Counted from the whole stretch's first letter, positions 24,069 to 36,388 are shown. The stretch is 63,964 nt of DNA, filler included, from Vicugna vicugna (GCA_013265495.1; 85 parts of 82 records of this genome joined end to end with filler, not necessarily neighbours in it), one strand, 5' to 3'. Numbers and translations are program-made. Notes: a model not told the origin generated them from the sequence alone.

Positions 24069-25533
24069 NNNNNNNNNNNNNNNNNNNNNNNNNNNNNNNN
24101 NNNNNNNNNNNNTTAATTAATTAANNNNNNNNNNNNNNNNNNNNNNNNNNNNNNNNNNNNNNNNNNNNTCCTGAAAAGTTTTGAGAGGAGGCATACAGGA
24201 GGTAAAGAAAGAGCATAGGAAACCGACTTAAAATAACTTGAGTATTTTCAAAGCTGTCAGTCTTTGGCTTGGATTTTCTTCTCTGAATGTATAGATAGAC
24301 TGTAGAGATCAGTGGTTTATGCAGGAAGATGCAGTCATTATGCAGATGAAGTGCCCACGGTAGGAGGTGCTGGAAAATAGCTGTGTTTTTCAGCTGTCAC
24401 TTTTGTCAGCTTCATTAATTTTAAAAATTGTCAAGAATTTGCATTTTAGAATGGAAATTCCTCTGGGGACAATGTTTATATACATATTTTTTCTCTGTAG
24501 AATCATGGTACATTAGTTCAGTTTCTAGAGCCCAGGAAATCACCTTTCACTGATAAATAAAAAATGTAAAATGTCATTATACTTTTTATTTCATAAAAAT
24601 AGAACTATTAGAATAGCAATATGCCTTACAGATGTGCTAATTATTAATGTCATGCCCAACACTGACTTGAATGACCATGTAACCTTTTCAACTTGCGTAG
24701 TCCAGAANNNNNNNNNNNNNNNNNNNNNNNNNNNNNNNNNNNNNNNNNNNNTTAATTAATTAANNNNNNNNNNNNNNNNNNNNNNNNNNNNNNNNNNNNN
24801 NNNNNNNCCTCTCAGAAGGACTCCCCAGTCACAAGATGCCCCAAGGGGTACTGGGCTAGTCCAGATGGCTTTGATCCATGCCAGTACTCTTCATTATGTA
24901 AACTTTCCCTCTGACAGCTCACGCGGAACATGTCACATCTTGAAAGAGGAGTTTTCATTAACTACTTTGCTGCTGCCAAATGGAATCAGTGTATTACGTG
25001 GCCTCCTGCCAGAACGTCAGGGGGAGAGATAGCTCCTCTGTCTGCAGCACCAGCCTGGCTCCCATCACCAAGTGGAAGCCTCCTTTTTTCAGAGACCAGT
25101 GTATTTCCTACCTCATGGGGAACAAGGTCTCTTGACTGCTTTAGCAGGAAAAGGTTACATGGCCAAGGCAGAAATTAGAGTAGAATCCAGGTGTCCTGAC
25201 GGACTGTGTTGTGCTCTTCGCACTGGATACTTCTTAATGTTTAAAATCTGAAATGTCATTTTTAAAATATGAATCGAGTAGAATTTGATAAAGGGTGTGC
25301 ATGTATTACAGAAAAACTTGGCCATCATCTCTACTTCCCTCTCCCACTTCTCTGCCATATGTAGTCAGTGAATGCTTTCTACTTACTACATTTCTTAAGT
25401 ACTTCTAAATATCTTTACTTTTTTGGATCTTCANNNNNNNNNNNNNNNNNNNNNNNNNNNNNNNNNNNNNNNNNNNNTTAATTAATTAANNNNNNNNNNN
25501 NNNNNNNNNNNNNNNNNNNNNNNNNNNNNNNNN

Positions 25534-26016
25534 GCAACACTATGGAAACAAATTGGAAAACCAGGAAGAAATGGAGAATTTTATGGAAACATTAGACCAC
25601 CAATATTGCATCAAGAAGAAATTAACCGTTTGAACAGATAGATCACCAGAAATAGAATAGAATTATCAATAAAATAAAAAATCTCTGCAAACAAAATTCA
25701 GACCCTAATACCTTCACTGGGGAATTTGAACAAACATAGAAAGAAAAATCCATACCAGTCCTCCTCAAACTCTTCCAAATTTTGATATGGAGAGAGTACT
25801 CCCAAACTCAAACCATAAGGCCAACATCAAACAGAAACCAAAACCAGACAAAGCAACTACCCCAAAAAGAAAACTATAGGCCAATATCATTGATAAACAT
25901 AGATGTAAAAGTCCTTAAGAAATTATTAACAGACAGAATCCAACATCATTTAAAAAAAAGAACACGCAAATGTCATGTTAGGTTCATCCCAGGAACACAA
26001 GGATGGTTTAACATAT
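25534..26016 (+). mobile_element. Degenerate LINE-1 ORF2 fragment
   Basis: KENYRPISLINIDVKVL...RFIPGTQGWFNI. Confidence 0.92.
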
Positions 26017-26116
26017 NNNNNNNNNNNNNNNNNNNNNNNNNNNNNNNNNNNNNNNNNNNNTTAATTAATTAANNNNNNNNNNNNNNNNNNNNNNNNNNNN
26101 NNNNNNNNNNNNNNNN

Positions 26117-26932
26117 CATTTTGCCATTCATGCTATGGTCTATGTCCTGGCACTCCTCCCTATCCTGCACTGTTGCTCCCTGTTTACCAGCTGAAACTTC
26201 CCTGGAGGTTCTCTTGTGAATAGGTTGCTTTCCTCCAGTCACATTATAAATCACTGGGATGCTCATGAACTTTGTTGATTTGAATCATAGAGCTGCTGCT
26301 AGGTCTATTGTGATTCCACCTCCTTTGGACGCTGTGTACTTCCTGTATTCGCATGGATGATTCTTTGCTGGCTTTCAGCAAGTTTCACTATGATTTTCCT
26401 ACAGATAACTTTTCAGACATTTTTTGTCTCTTTATCTCTTGCTTTTCCATCTGGGACTCTTACGAATCCTCGTCTTTCATGTCTTGACTTACCCCAGGAT
26501 TCAACAAAAATGTTTTCATTGGTTTGCACTTGCTTTCCTACGTCTGGTTCTGACCGAGGGATTTTTATTTCCCTGTCTTCACAGTCATTCACGCGTCCCT
26601 CTTCATTACCTAGTCTGCTTAGGACTGAATTTTAGCCCTGATAGTATCAGATCCATTGAGTTTCCTGATATTATTTGGCTCGTTTTTAGACTTTCTCTTC
26701 CCCTTTTCTGGTATTCTGCCTTTTGTGATTCTGAGACACTGTTGTTCTTCAGTGTTTCCCTCATCTCCGTTTTCAATACTTGCTCTGGATAGCGTTACAT
26801 TGAAATCTTATCTTTTGGGCCTTCAATATCTTTGGAACTGAAAATGGTAATTCCTTTTTCGTTTACTGTTCTTCTTCGCCTCTTCTTGTCAGGTAATATC
26901 AGGTATCTAATGTAGACTTTTAGAGCTTTGTT
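26117..26932 (-). mobile_element. Highly degenerate LINE-1 ORF1 relic, paralogue of 51284-51896
   Basis: Minus-strand translation SRLGNEEGRVNDCEDR...ESWGK...VPDGKARDK...RIQEVHS...EVSAGKQGATVQDREECQDI parallels L1 ORF1p (SRL..AEERIS.LEDR...LWD...VPEGEE...IQEAQR...LSADFSAETLQARREW). Confidence 0.75.
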
Positions 26933-27032
26933 NNNNNNNNNNNNNNNNNNNNNNNNNNNNNNNNNNNNNNNNNNNNTTAATTAATTAANNNNNNNNNNNN
27001 NNNNNNNNNNNNNNNNNNNNNNNNNNNNNNNN

Positions 27033-27248
27033 GCCAGGGAATGCTAGGGGTGATTGCAGGATTTCCCAGTGTCAGAATGTGCCTACCAAAATTCAGTGAA
27101 GTTATTTCACGGACTTCCGCGAACAAGGAACACCTGTGACTGAAGAGAGCTGCGTGGAGTTGTCTCTCGGGCTCCCCCACGCATTGACAATGGTTCCGGA
27201 ATCCTGAGCTTGGGGAGGTTCCACCAACGGTCGGCAGCGCGTGGGATC
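27033..27248 (-). repeat. SatB satellite
   Basis: Partial monomer. Confidence 0.92.
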
Positions 27249-27348
27249 NNNNNNNNNNNNNNNNNNNNNNNNNNNNNNNNNNNNNNNNNNNNTTAATTAA
27301 TTAANNNNNNNNNNNNNNNNNNNNNNNNNNNNNNNNNNNNNNNNNNNN

Positions 27349-27535
27349 GCAGCGCGTGGGTTCTAACGGAATGCCTAAGCTCGTCTCCCCTGAGGTTTTT
27401 CCTAATATCTCTGTACCAGGGAATACTAGGGGTGTTTGCAGGATATCCCAGTGTCAGAGGTTGCCTCCCCAAGGTCAGGGAAGATAATTATCGGACTTCC
27501 CCGTACAGGGAACACTTGTGACTGAAGAGAGCTGC
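27349..27535 (-). repeat. SatB satellite
   Basis: Partial monomer. Confidence 0.92.
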
Positions 27536-27635
27536 NNNNNNNNNNNNNNNNNNNNNNNNNNNNNNNNNNNNNNNNNNNNTTAATTAATTAANNNNNNNNN
27601 NNNNNNNNNNNNNNNNNNNNNNNNNNNNNNNNNNN

Positions 27636-28727
27636 CTCCCCTGAGGGTTTTCCTAATGTCCCTGTACCAGGGAATGCTAGAGGAGTTTGCAGGAAATCCC
27701 AGTGGCAGAGGCTGCCAACCCAAGGTCAGGGAAGTTATTTCTCGGACTTCCCCAAACAGGGAACACCTGTGACTGAAGAGAGCTGCGTGGAGTTGCCTCT
27801 CGAGCTCCCCCACGCACTGACAATGTTTCCGGAATCCTGAGCGTGGGGAGGTTCCACCAACGGTCGGTAGCACGTGGGNNNNNNNNNNNNNNNNNNNNNN
27901 NNNNNNNNNNNNNNNNNNNNNNNNNNNNNNNNNNNNNNNNNNNNNNNNNNNNNNNNNNNNNNNNNNNNNNNNNNNNNNNNNNNNNNNNNNNNNNNNNNNN
28001 NNNNNNNNNNNNNNNNGGACTTGTCCGGGAACACTTTTGACTGAAGAGAGCTGCGTGGAGTTGTCTCTCGGGCTCCCCCACCCACTGAATATTTTTCCGG
28101 AATCCTGAGTTGGGGGAGGTTCCACCATCGGTCGGCAGCGCGTGGGTTCAAAGGGAATGCCTAAGCTCATCTCCCGTGATGGTTTTCCTAATGTCTCTGT
28201 GCCAGGGAATGCTAGGGGTGATTGCAGGATATCCCAGTGTCAGAGGCTTCCTTCCCAAGTCAGGGAAGGTATTTCTAGGACTTCCGCGAACAGGGAACAC
28301 TTGTGACTGAAGAGAGCTGCGTGGAGTTGTCTCTCGAGCTCCCCCACCCACTGAATGTTTTTCCGGAATCCTGAGCTTGGGGAGGTTCCACCATCGGTCG
28401 GCAGCGCGTGGGTTCAAAGGGAATGCCTAAGCTCGTCTCCCGTGATGGTTTTCCTAATGTCTCTGTGCCAGGGAATGCTAGGGGTGATTGCAGGATATCC
28501 CAGTGACCGAGGCTTCCTCCCCAAAGTCAGGGAAGGTATTTCTCGGACTTCCCCGAACAGGGAACACCTGTGACTGAAAAGAGCTGCTTGGAGTTTTCCC
28601 TGGAGGTCATAACAATGTTAATCCTGAGAGGGGGGAGGTTCCACCAACGGTCGGTAGCGCGTGGGTACTAACGGAATGTTTTAACTAGTCTCCCCTGAGG
28701 CTTCTCTTAATTTCTCTGTGCCAGGGA
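27636..28727 (-). repeat. SatB satellite, ~4 monomers
   Basis: CTGAA(G/A)AGAGCTGC at 28041, 28307 and 28574 (266-267-bp period). Confidence 0.96.
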
Positions 28728-28827
28728 NNNNNNNNNNNNNNNNNNNNNNNNNNNNNNNNNNNNNNNNNNNNTTAATTAATTAANNNNNNNNNNNNNNNNN
28801 NNNNNNNNNNNNNNNNNNNNNNNNNNN

Positions 28828-29806
28828 GAAAAACCTATGAAGTCAGAGGAAATAATTCTAAGTCTATATACGTCTTGTTCGGAGGGTGAAAGGGCTTTAA
28901 TCCACATGCTCTCAAGTCAGAAATGCATAATTGCCAAATCCGTCATACATGTAGCACGTACGAAACCCGGAATGCCATGTTGTTGGAATACATGTAAATT
29001 ACATATCTGTTAGGTGGAAATTGCTCCAGAACTATTTTTCTGTGAAAAATTCACGAATTCGAACCTATTGTTAGGGAAAGCTTGTGAAAATGTGTACACG
29101 TGTCTAGATGAAAATATTCCTTATATAGAGGATGAAAGATTAGTAATCCACATGCTCTCAACTCAGGAATGCATGTTTGTCAAATCCGTCATGTATGTAG
29201 CATGTACGGAACACGGAATATCATGTAGTTAGTACCAATTACATATATCTAGGGTAGAATTCGCTCCGAGAGGGTTTTTCTGGGATCAAAGAGTGATTCT
29301 TGAAACTGGTGAAAGGCAGAAGCTACGAAGTCAAAATAAATATTTCATAGTGCATAGGTAACTTGTTTGGTGGTTGAAACATCAGTCATGCGCATATTCA
29401 CACTCAGAAATTCAAGTTGGAGGAATCCGTGATGCATGAAACATGTTCGTAATATAGAAAGCCATGGTTATGTAAACAATGTAAATTACATGTTTGTTTG
29501 TGAAAATTCGCTCAAAGAGAGTTTTCTGGTGCCAGATGTCCGATTTTAGATCCTGGTGATAGAAAAACCTATGAAGTCAGAGTAAATAATTCTAAGGGTA
29601 TATACGCATTGTTTGGTGGATGAAAGGTCAGTAATCCACATGCTCACAAGTGAGAAATGCATGATTGCCAAATCCGTCATGCATGTAGCATGTACGGAAC
29701 CTGGAATGCCATGTTGATGGAATTCATGTAAATTACACACCTAATAGGTGGAAATCGCTGAAGAAATTTTTTTGTGAAAAATGCACGAATTCGAACCTGG
29801 TTTTAG
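28828..29806 (+). repeat. SatA satellite, one full ~734-bp HOR plus part of the next
   Basis: CCTATGAAGTCAGAG at 28834 and 29568; internal ~245-bp sub-repeats. Confidence 0.95.
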
Positions 29807-29906
29807 NNNNNNNNNNNNNNNNNNNNNNNNNNNNNNNNNNNNNNNNNNNNTTAATTAATTAANNNNNNNNNNNNNNNNNNNNNNNNNNNNNNNNNNNNNN
29901 NNNNNN

Positions 29907-30111
29907 TGTGATTGTTGAAACTGGTGATAGGCAGAAACTACGAAGTCAAATGAATATTTCAAAGTGCATATATAACATGTTTGTTGGTTGAAACATCAGT
30001 CATGCGCATGTTCACAACTCAGAAATGCATGTTTGAGGAATCCGTGACGCATGAAACATGTTCGTAATACGGAATGCCATGGTTATGTAAACAATGCAAA
30101 TTACATGTGTA
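29907..30111 (+). repeat. SatA satellite
   Basis: Partial unit. Confidence 0.9.
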
Positions 30112-30211
30112 NNNNNNNNNNNNNNNNNNNNNNNNNNNNNNNNNNNNNNNNNNNNTTAATTAATTAANNNNNNNNNNNNNNNNNNNNNNNNNNNNNNNNN
30201 NNNNNNNNNNN

Positions 30212-30493
30212 CACCACTCCTATTCAACACAGTCCTGGAAGTCCTAGCCACAGCAGCCAGGCAAGAGAGAGAAATAAGAGGGATCCAAATTGGAAAAGAA
30301 GACGTAAAAGTGTCAATATATGCTGATGACATGTTACTATATATAGAAAACCTTAAAAGGTCCACACAAAAACTACTAGAGCTGATCGAAGAATTAAGCA
30401 AGGTAGCAGGTTACAAGATTAACGTTCAAAAATCAGTTGCATTTCTTTACACTAAGAATGAATCAACAGAAAAAGAAAGTAAAGAAACAATCC
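30212..30493 (+). mobile_element. LINE-1 ORF2 reverse-transcriptase core, open frame
   Basis: [47 protein letters not shown]...[12 protein letters not shown] with YADD catalytic motif and no stops. Confidence 0.97.
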
Positions 30494-31228
30494 NNNNNNN
30501 NNNNNNNNNNNNNNNNNNNNNNNNNNNNNNNNNNNNNTTAATTAATTAANNNNNNNNNNNNNNNNNNNNNNNNNNNNNNNNNNNNNNNNNNNNGCTTGTG
30601 CTTTGTAGTGCCACGGGAATGTCCCAATGGAACCAGAATTTCCCAGAGTTTCTCTGTCTACAGAAACAACAGTGGAAGCATATCTATGGATGTCACACAT
30701 CAGGGCCAGCTGGAATTTTCCTGCAGACCTACCTTGTTATTCCTCGGTGCCGTACAGTGCCGCTGCCATCCTAAATGTATCATAAGCTTTTGGGAGATAG
30801 TGCTGAAAGAAATGCTTCCTCTTCTCATGCTGTGGTCTTGGACCACTTTTCCTTGTCCTCTCATCCTTGTGGCATGGGTGCACGAAGGCAACCACAGAGA
30901 TGTTGCGTATCCTGTGCCTCAAACCAAACCATAAATAATCCCATCCCAGGTTTTGAATGCAGCAGATCCTAAGGCTTTTCATTCTGATTTCAAACACAAA
31001 GCCCCCTGGACCCCTCAGACCAGATGCAGGATAGCTCTGATTCATCCCCACACGTGCTCTAGTGGCAAAATGCCCAATTGGTACCTGGTCCTGCAGATGC
31101 ACTGGTGTGGCCATGGGACATATCGGTANNNNNNNNNNNNNNNNNNNNNNNNNNNNNNNNNNNNNNNNNNNNTTAATTAATTAANNNNNNNNNNNNNNNN
31201 NNNNNNNNNNNNNNNNNNNNNNNNNNNN

Positions 31229-31941
31229 CACGCAGCTCTCTTCATTCACAGGATTTCCCTGTTCGGAGAAGTCTGGGAAATACATTCCCTGACCTTGGGT
31301 ATGCAGCCTCGGTCACTGGGATATCCTGCAATCACCCATAGCATTCCCTGGCACAGAGATATTAGGAAAACCCTCAGGGGAAATGAGGTTAGGCATTCCG
31401 TTAGAACCCACGGCCTGCCGACCGTTGGTGGAATCTCCCCACGCTCAGGATTCCGGAACCATTGTCAGTGCGTGGGGGANNNNNNNNNNNNNNNNNNNNN
31501 NNNNNNNNNNNNNNNNNNNNNNNNNNNNNNNNNNNNNNNNNNNNNNNNNNNNNNNNNNNNNNNNNNNNNNNNNNNNNNNNNNNNNNNNNNNNNNNNNNNN
31601 NNNNNNNNNNNNNNNNNNNNNNNNNNNNNNNNNNNNNNNNNNNNNNNNNTTCCGTTAGAACCCACGCGCTGCCGACCGTTGGTGGAACTTCCCCACGCTC
31701 AGGATTCCGGAACCATTGTAAGTGCGTGGGGGAGCTCGAGAGACAACTCCACGTAGCTGTCTTCATTCACAGGTGTTCCCTGTTCGGGGAAGTCCGGGAA
31801 ATAACTTCCTTTACCTTGGTGAGGCAGTATCGGTCACTGGGATATCCTGCACTCTCCCCCAGCATTCCCTGGCCCAGAAACATTAAGAAAAATGTTAGGG
31901 GAGCCGAGCTAAGGCATTCCGTTAGAACCCACGCGCTGCCG
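31229..31941 (+). repeat. SatB satellite
   Basis: Tandem monomers. Confidence 0.93.
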
Positions 31942-32977
31942 NNNNNNNNNNNNNNNNNNNNNNNNNNNNNNNNNNNNNNNNNNNNTTAATTAATTAANNN
32001 NNNNNNNNNNNNNNNNNNNNNNNNNNNNNNNNNNNNNNNNNTGAATGTTTAAAATTTCTGGATTTTGATCTTTAAAACATGCTGATCTTTCAGAACTGTT
32101 AAAAACCTGATGTTTGTTCCTTGTTTGGTGGGGCAACCTATTGATTTATGTTGTCTGTTATAGAGGGAAATTCTTCCTCTAGCCTGTAGATAATTAAGTG
32201 AATGNNNNNNNNNNNNNNNNNNNNNNNNNNNNNNNNNNNNNNNNNNNNNNNNNNNNNNNNNNNNNNNNNNNNNNNNNNNNNNNNNNNNNNNNNNNNNNNN
32301 NNNNNNNNNNNNNNNNNNNNNNNNNNNNNNNNNNNNNNNNNNNNNNNNNNNNNNNNNNNNNNNNNNNNNNNNNNNNNNNNNNNNNNNNNNNNNNNNNNNN
32401 NNNNNNNNNNNNNNNNNNNNNNNNNNNNNNNNNNNNNNNNNNNNNNNNNNNNNNNNNNNNNNNNNNNNNNNNNNNNNNNNNNNNNNNNNNNNNNNNNNNN
32501 NNNNNNNNNNNNNNNNNNNNNNNNNNNNNNNNNNNNNNNNNNNNNNNNNNNNNNNNNNNNNNNNNNNNNNNNNNNNNNNNNNNNNNNNNNNNNNNNNNNN
32601 NNNNNNNNNNNNNNNNNNNNNNNNNNNNNNNNNNNNNNNNNNNNNNNTTCAGGTTTATAGATTTTTGTTTTAACATTTGTGTTGAATTCATTCTCTAGGC
32701 ATGATGATTCCTGTTGCCTTTGTGGAAAGTGTAGATGAAGGGAAACAAATCCTTTGTTTTGTTTTCAGGAGGCCTGAGATGCTGATGAGAAAATAATAGA
32801 GGGTGGGCTGAGAAAAATAGTGACAGACCCTAACCTCCAGGCTGAAATTGATACAAAGAAATCAATTAAGTGTATCGGTATTTGACTAATAGAAGTCAGA
32901 CAGCCCAGACTGTCTAGTTATGCCCAAAGGAAAGTACTGAATTCACCTGCAGATTTAGGTGCTTTACCATGTAGAAG

Positions 32978-33160
32978 CAGCTTAGAGCAATCAGAAAAAT
33001 CAGTCTTATGATGAGATATAAAAAGAATATAATATCTTTTATTTCTAAAACTTTTCTACGTTAAGTTGTGTAGAGCTAAAATTAAATTTCAAGCACCAGG
33101 AGTTAAGAGTTTAGGTGGATCGTTATTCAGGGATGTGTCTAGACCCTGCTGGAGTGGCCG
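32978..33160 (-). repeat. Unidentified multicopy sequence, paralogue of 12485-12678
   Basis: Shared CTCCTGGTGCTTGAAA.TTAATTTTAGCTCTACACAACTTAA.GTAGAAAAGTTT. Confidence 0.85.
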
Positions 33161-33756
33161 NNNNNNNNNNNNNNNNNNNNNNNNNNNNNNNNNNNNNNNN
33201 NNNNTTAATTAATTAANNNNNNNNNNNNNNNNNNNNNNNNNNNNNNNNNNNNNNNNNNNNCCCGGAAATTTTCCATTTTGGATTTTCACCGAATTTACTT
33301 GAAGTCAGATTTCATTCTTCAACGGAGTTTTAAGCTTTCAAATATGCATCTTTGGCCCCGTGTTGGAAAACTGTCTTCCAAGAACACCACTCACGTTTCC
33401 TGGAAATGGATCTGTGATTGCTTTGAAGCAAACAAGAAGGAAAATGCACCGCAGNNNNNNNNNNNNNNNNNNNNNNNNNNNNNNNNNNNNNNNNNNNNNN
33501 NNNNNNNNNNNNNNNNNNNNNNNNNNNNNNTCTAGAAAAGCCGTGTCTCCAGGCTGTAGATAATACCTTCGAATGTATTGAATAGCAGATGGAGAAGGAG
33601 GAAGAGATAGACAGAGAAAGCACTGATGTCAGAGAAATTTCAGCTTAGAGTTGAGTNNNNNNNNNNNNNNNNNNNNNNNNNNNNNNNNNNNNNNNNNNNN
33701 TTAATTAATTAANNNNNNNNNNNNNNNNNNNNNNNNNNNNNNNNNNNNNNNNNNNN

Positions 33757-33850
33757 TTCTATTAAACCCACTTCCAGATACTTCATCATTTTCTGATTGG
33801 TGGACTCGGCCTCAGACTGGCCTACTCAGAGAGCTCCCAACCTCACATCC
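33757..33850 (+). repeat. Unidentified multicopy sequence, overlaps paralogue 63085-63176
   Basis: TTCTATTAAACCCACTTCCA..TACTTCATCATTTTCTGATTGGTG shared. Confidence 0.85.
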
Positions 33851-34971
33851 AGGGGTGGGAGAGGACCCTGCTGTTGGGGAAAATCAGTGAGGAAGCTGGA
33901 CATCATCCAGCCACGTCTGCACGGGTAGAAGTGCCACAACGTGCTCAGAAATTATACCGTCGTCACCCCTGGGCTCCCATGGACTGGTTTCACATTAACC
34001 AAACTCATGAGACAATGATGCAAGAAAACCAGAAACTTAACTTTTTAATGTAACAGAAGACGTGAATCTATGAACCAGACTGAAATATCAGAGTTCAACC
34101 ATGAGTACATTTTCTCCTCCACGGCCCAATCACGGGCAGGCAGTCACATGGCAAGCATGGACAGAAACGAATTTCTAGATTAACTCAATGGACTAAATCT
34201 CTATTATACGAACAGATCTANNNNNNNNNNNNNNNNNNNNNNNNNNNNNNNNNNNNNNNNNNNNTTAATTAATTAANNNNNNNNNNNNNNNNNNNNNNNN
34301 NNNNNNNNNNNNNNNNNNNNGGGCAGGAAATGAAAGCACCAATTGGAATGCTTTTAGAACAGCACAAAGAAGACCATCGATAAATTACTTCTTAAATTCT
34401 ACCACATGCTGAATGTGCCATCTGAGAATACATCATGTGACCTTTTTGATTCCAGGGATGACATAATAGAGACCATGATCCCTGGGCCGGTTCCTGAATG
34501 TATCTCCTGTTCCAAACTATCCTAACTTAACACATTTAATACTTTCCAGGATGAACCAGAAACCACTTGGTTCTTTTCCCTCTCTCCATGTTTTATTATT
34601 TTTCCAAATTCTTCCATTTTTTCTTTTTCCTTACATGAAATGAAAATATTTAAATTTACTCCCATATTGTTCCACCTAAGATCATATCAAACAAATATCT
34701 CTTTTTTTCTTTAAATGGCAAGTTAGTCTCCCATTTAACTCTTAACTCTATTAAAAAAATACTAAGGAAAATACAGGTACACATCTATGTTTAATGTTCA
34801 AAAAAGAAAATAGCAGATAGTTGTCAACATTTGCCAACATCAGTTATAATCTTTGTTTCCTGCATAATCTGNNNNNNNNNNNNNNNNNNNNNNNNNNNNN
34901 NNNNNNNNNNNNNNNTTAATTAATTAANNNNNNNNNNNNNNNNNNNNNNNNNNNNNNNNNNNNNNNNNNNN

Positions 34972-36288
34972 TTCTACATTCTATATTCTAAATTCTATAT
35001 TCAGTATTTGTATTCTTTAGTCTAAACTCGGTGTTCTGCATTCCATGTTCTAAATTCTGGGTTCTGTATTCTGTTTCCCATATTCTAAATTCTGTGTTCT
35101 ACATTCTATATTCTAAATTCTATATTCAGTATTTGTATTCTTTAGTCTAAACTCGGTGTTCTGCATTCCATGTTCTAAATTCTGGGTTCTGTATTCTGTT
35201 TCCCATATTCTAAATTCTGTGTTCTACATTCTATATTCTAAATTCTATATTCAGTATTTGTATTCTTTAGTCTAAACTCGGTGTTCTGCATTCCATGTTC
35301 TAAATTCTGGGTTCTGTATTCTGTTTCCCATATTCTAAATTCTGTGTTCTACATTCTATATTCTAAATTCTATATTCAGTATTTGTATTCTTTAGTCTAA
35401 ACTCGGTGTTCTGCATTCCATGTTCTAAATTCTGGGTTCTGTATTCTGTTTCCCATATTCTAAATTCTGTGTTCTACATTCTATATTCTAAATTCTATAT
35501 TCAGTATTTGTATTCTTTAGTCTAAACTCGGTGTTCTGCATTCCATGTTCTAAATTCTGTGTTCTATATTCTCTATTCTCTATTCTATACTGTGTGTTAT
35601 TCTTTTTATACTCTACATACTCTATTTTGCATTCCGTAACCTATATTCTAAATTCTGATTTATAATTCTAAATTCTTAACTCTATATTCAGTATTCTGTT
35701 TTCTATATTCTAAATTCTGTGTTCTGCTTTCTATTTTCTAAATTCTATATTCAGTATTCTGTATTCTATATTCTAAATTCTGTGTTNNNNNNNNNNNNNN
35801 NNNNNNNNNNNNNNNNNNNNNNNNNNNNNNNNNNNNNNNNNNNNNNNNNNNNNNNNNNNNNNNNNNNNNNNNNNNNNNNNNNNNNNNNNNNNNNNNNNNN
35901 NNNNNNNNNNNNNNNNNNNNNNNNNNNNNNNNNNNNNNNNNNNNNNNNNNNNNNNNNNNNNNNNNNNNNNNNNNNNNNNNNNNNNNNNNNNNNNNNNNNN
36001 NNNNNNNNNNNNNNNNNNNNNNNNNNNNNNNNNNNNNNNNNNNNNNNNNNNNNNNNNNNNNNNNNNNNNNNNNNNNNNNNNNNNNNNNNNNNNNNNNNNN
36101 NNNNNNNNNNNNNNNNNNNNNNNNNNNNNNNNNNNNNNNNNNNNNNNNNNNNNNNNNNNNNNNNNNNNNNNNNNNNNNNNNNNNNNNNNNNNNNNNNNNN
36201 NNNNNNNNNNNNNNNNNNNNNNNNNATATTCTAAATTTTGTGGTCTGCATTTCATGTTCTAAATTCTGGTTTCTGTATTCTGTTTTTC
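34972..36288 (-). repeat. SatD satellite including a perfect 125-bp higher-order array
   Basis: ACTCGGTG at 35026, 35151, 35276, 35401 and 35526. Confidence 0.95.
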
Positions 36289-36388
36289 NNNNNNNNNNNN
36301 NNNNNNNNNNNNNNNNNNNNNNNNNNNNNNNNTTAATTAATTAANNNNNNNNNNNNNNNNNNNNNNNNNNNNNNNNNNNNNNNNNNNN

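Noticed and set aside
31783..31798. CENP-B box in SatB (TTCGGGGAAGTCCGGG)
   Set aside because: The TTCG-to-CGGG spacing is one base too long for TTCGnnnnAnnCGGG, and most copies read CGAG. SatA TTCGTAATACGGA also fails the spacing.
28828..31941. Common origin of the 245-250-bp (A/E) and 267-bp (B/C) satellite groups
   Set aside because: Only short matches (TCCAC, CTCAGGA); no collinear alignment visible.
34972..35559. 125-bp array as CRISPR
   Set aside because: No unique spacers; a simple head-to-tail eukaryotic repeat.
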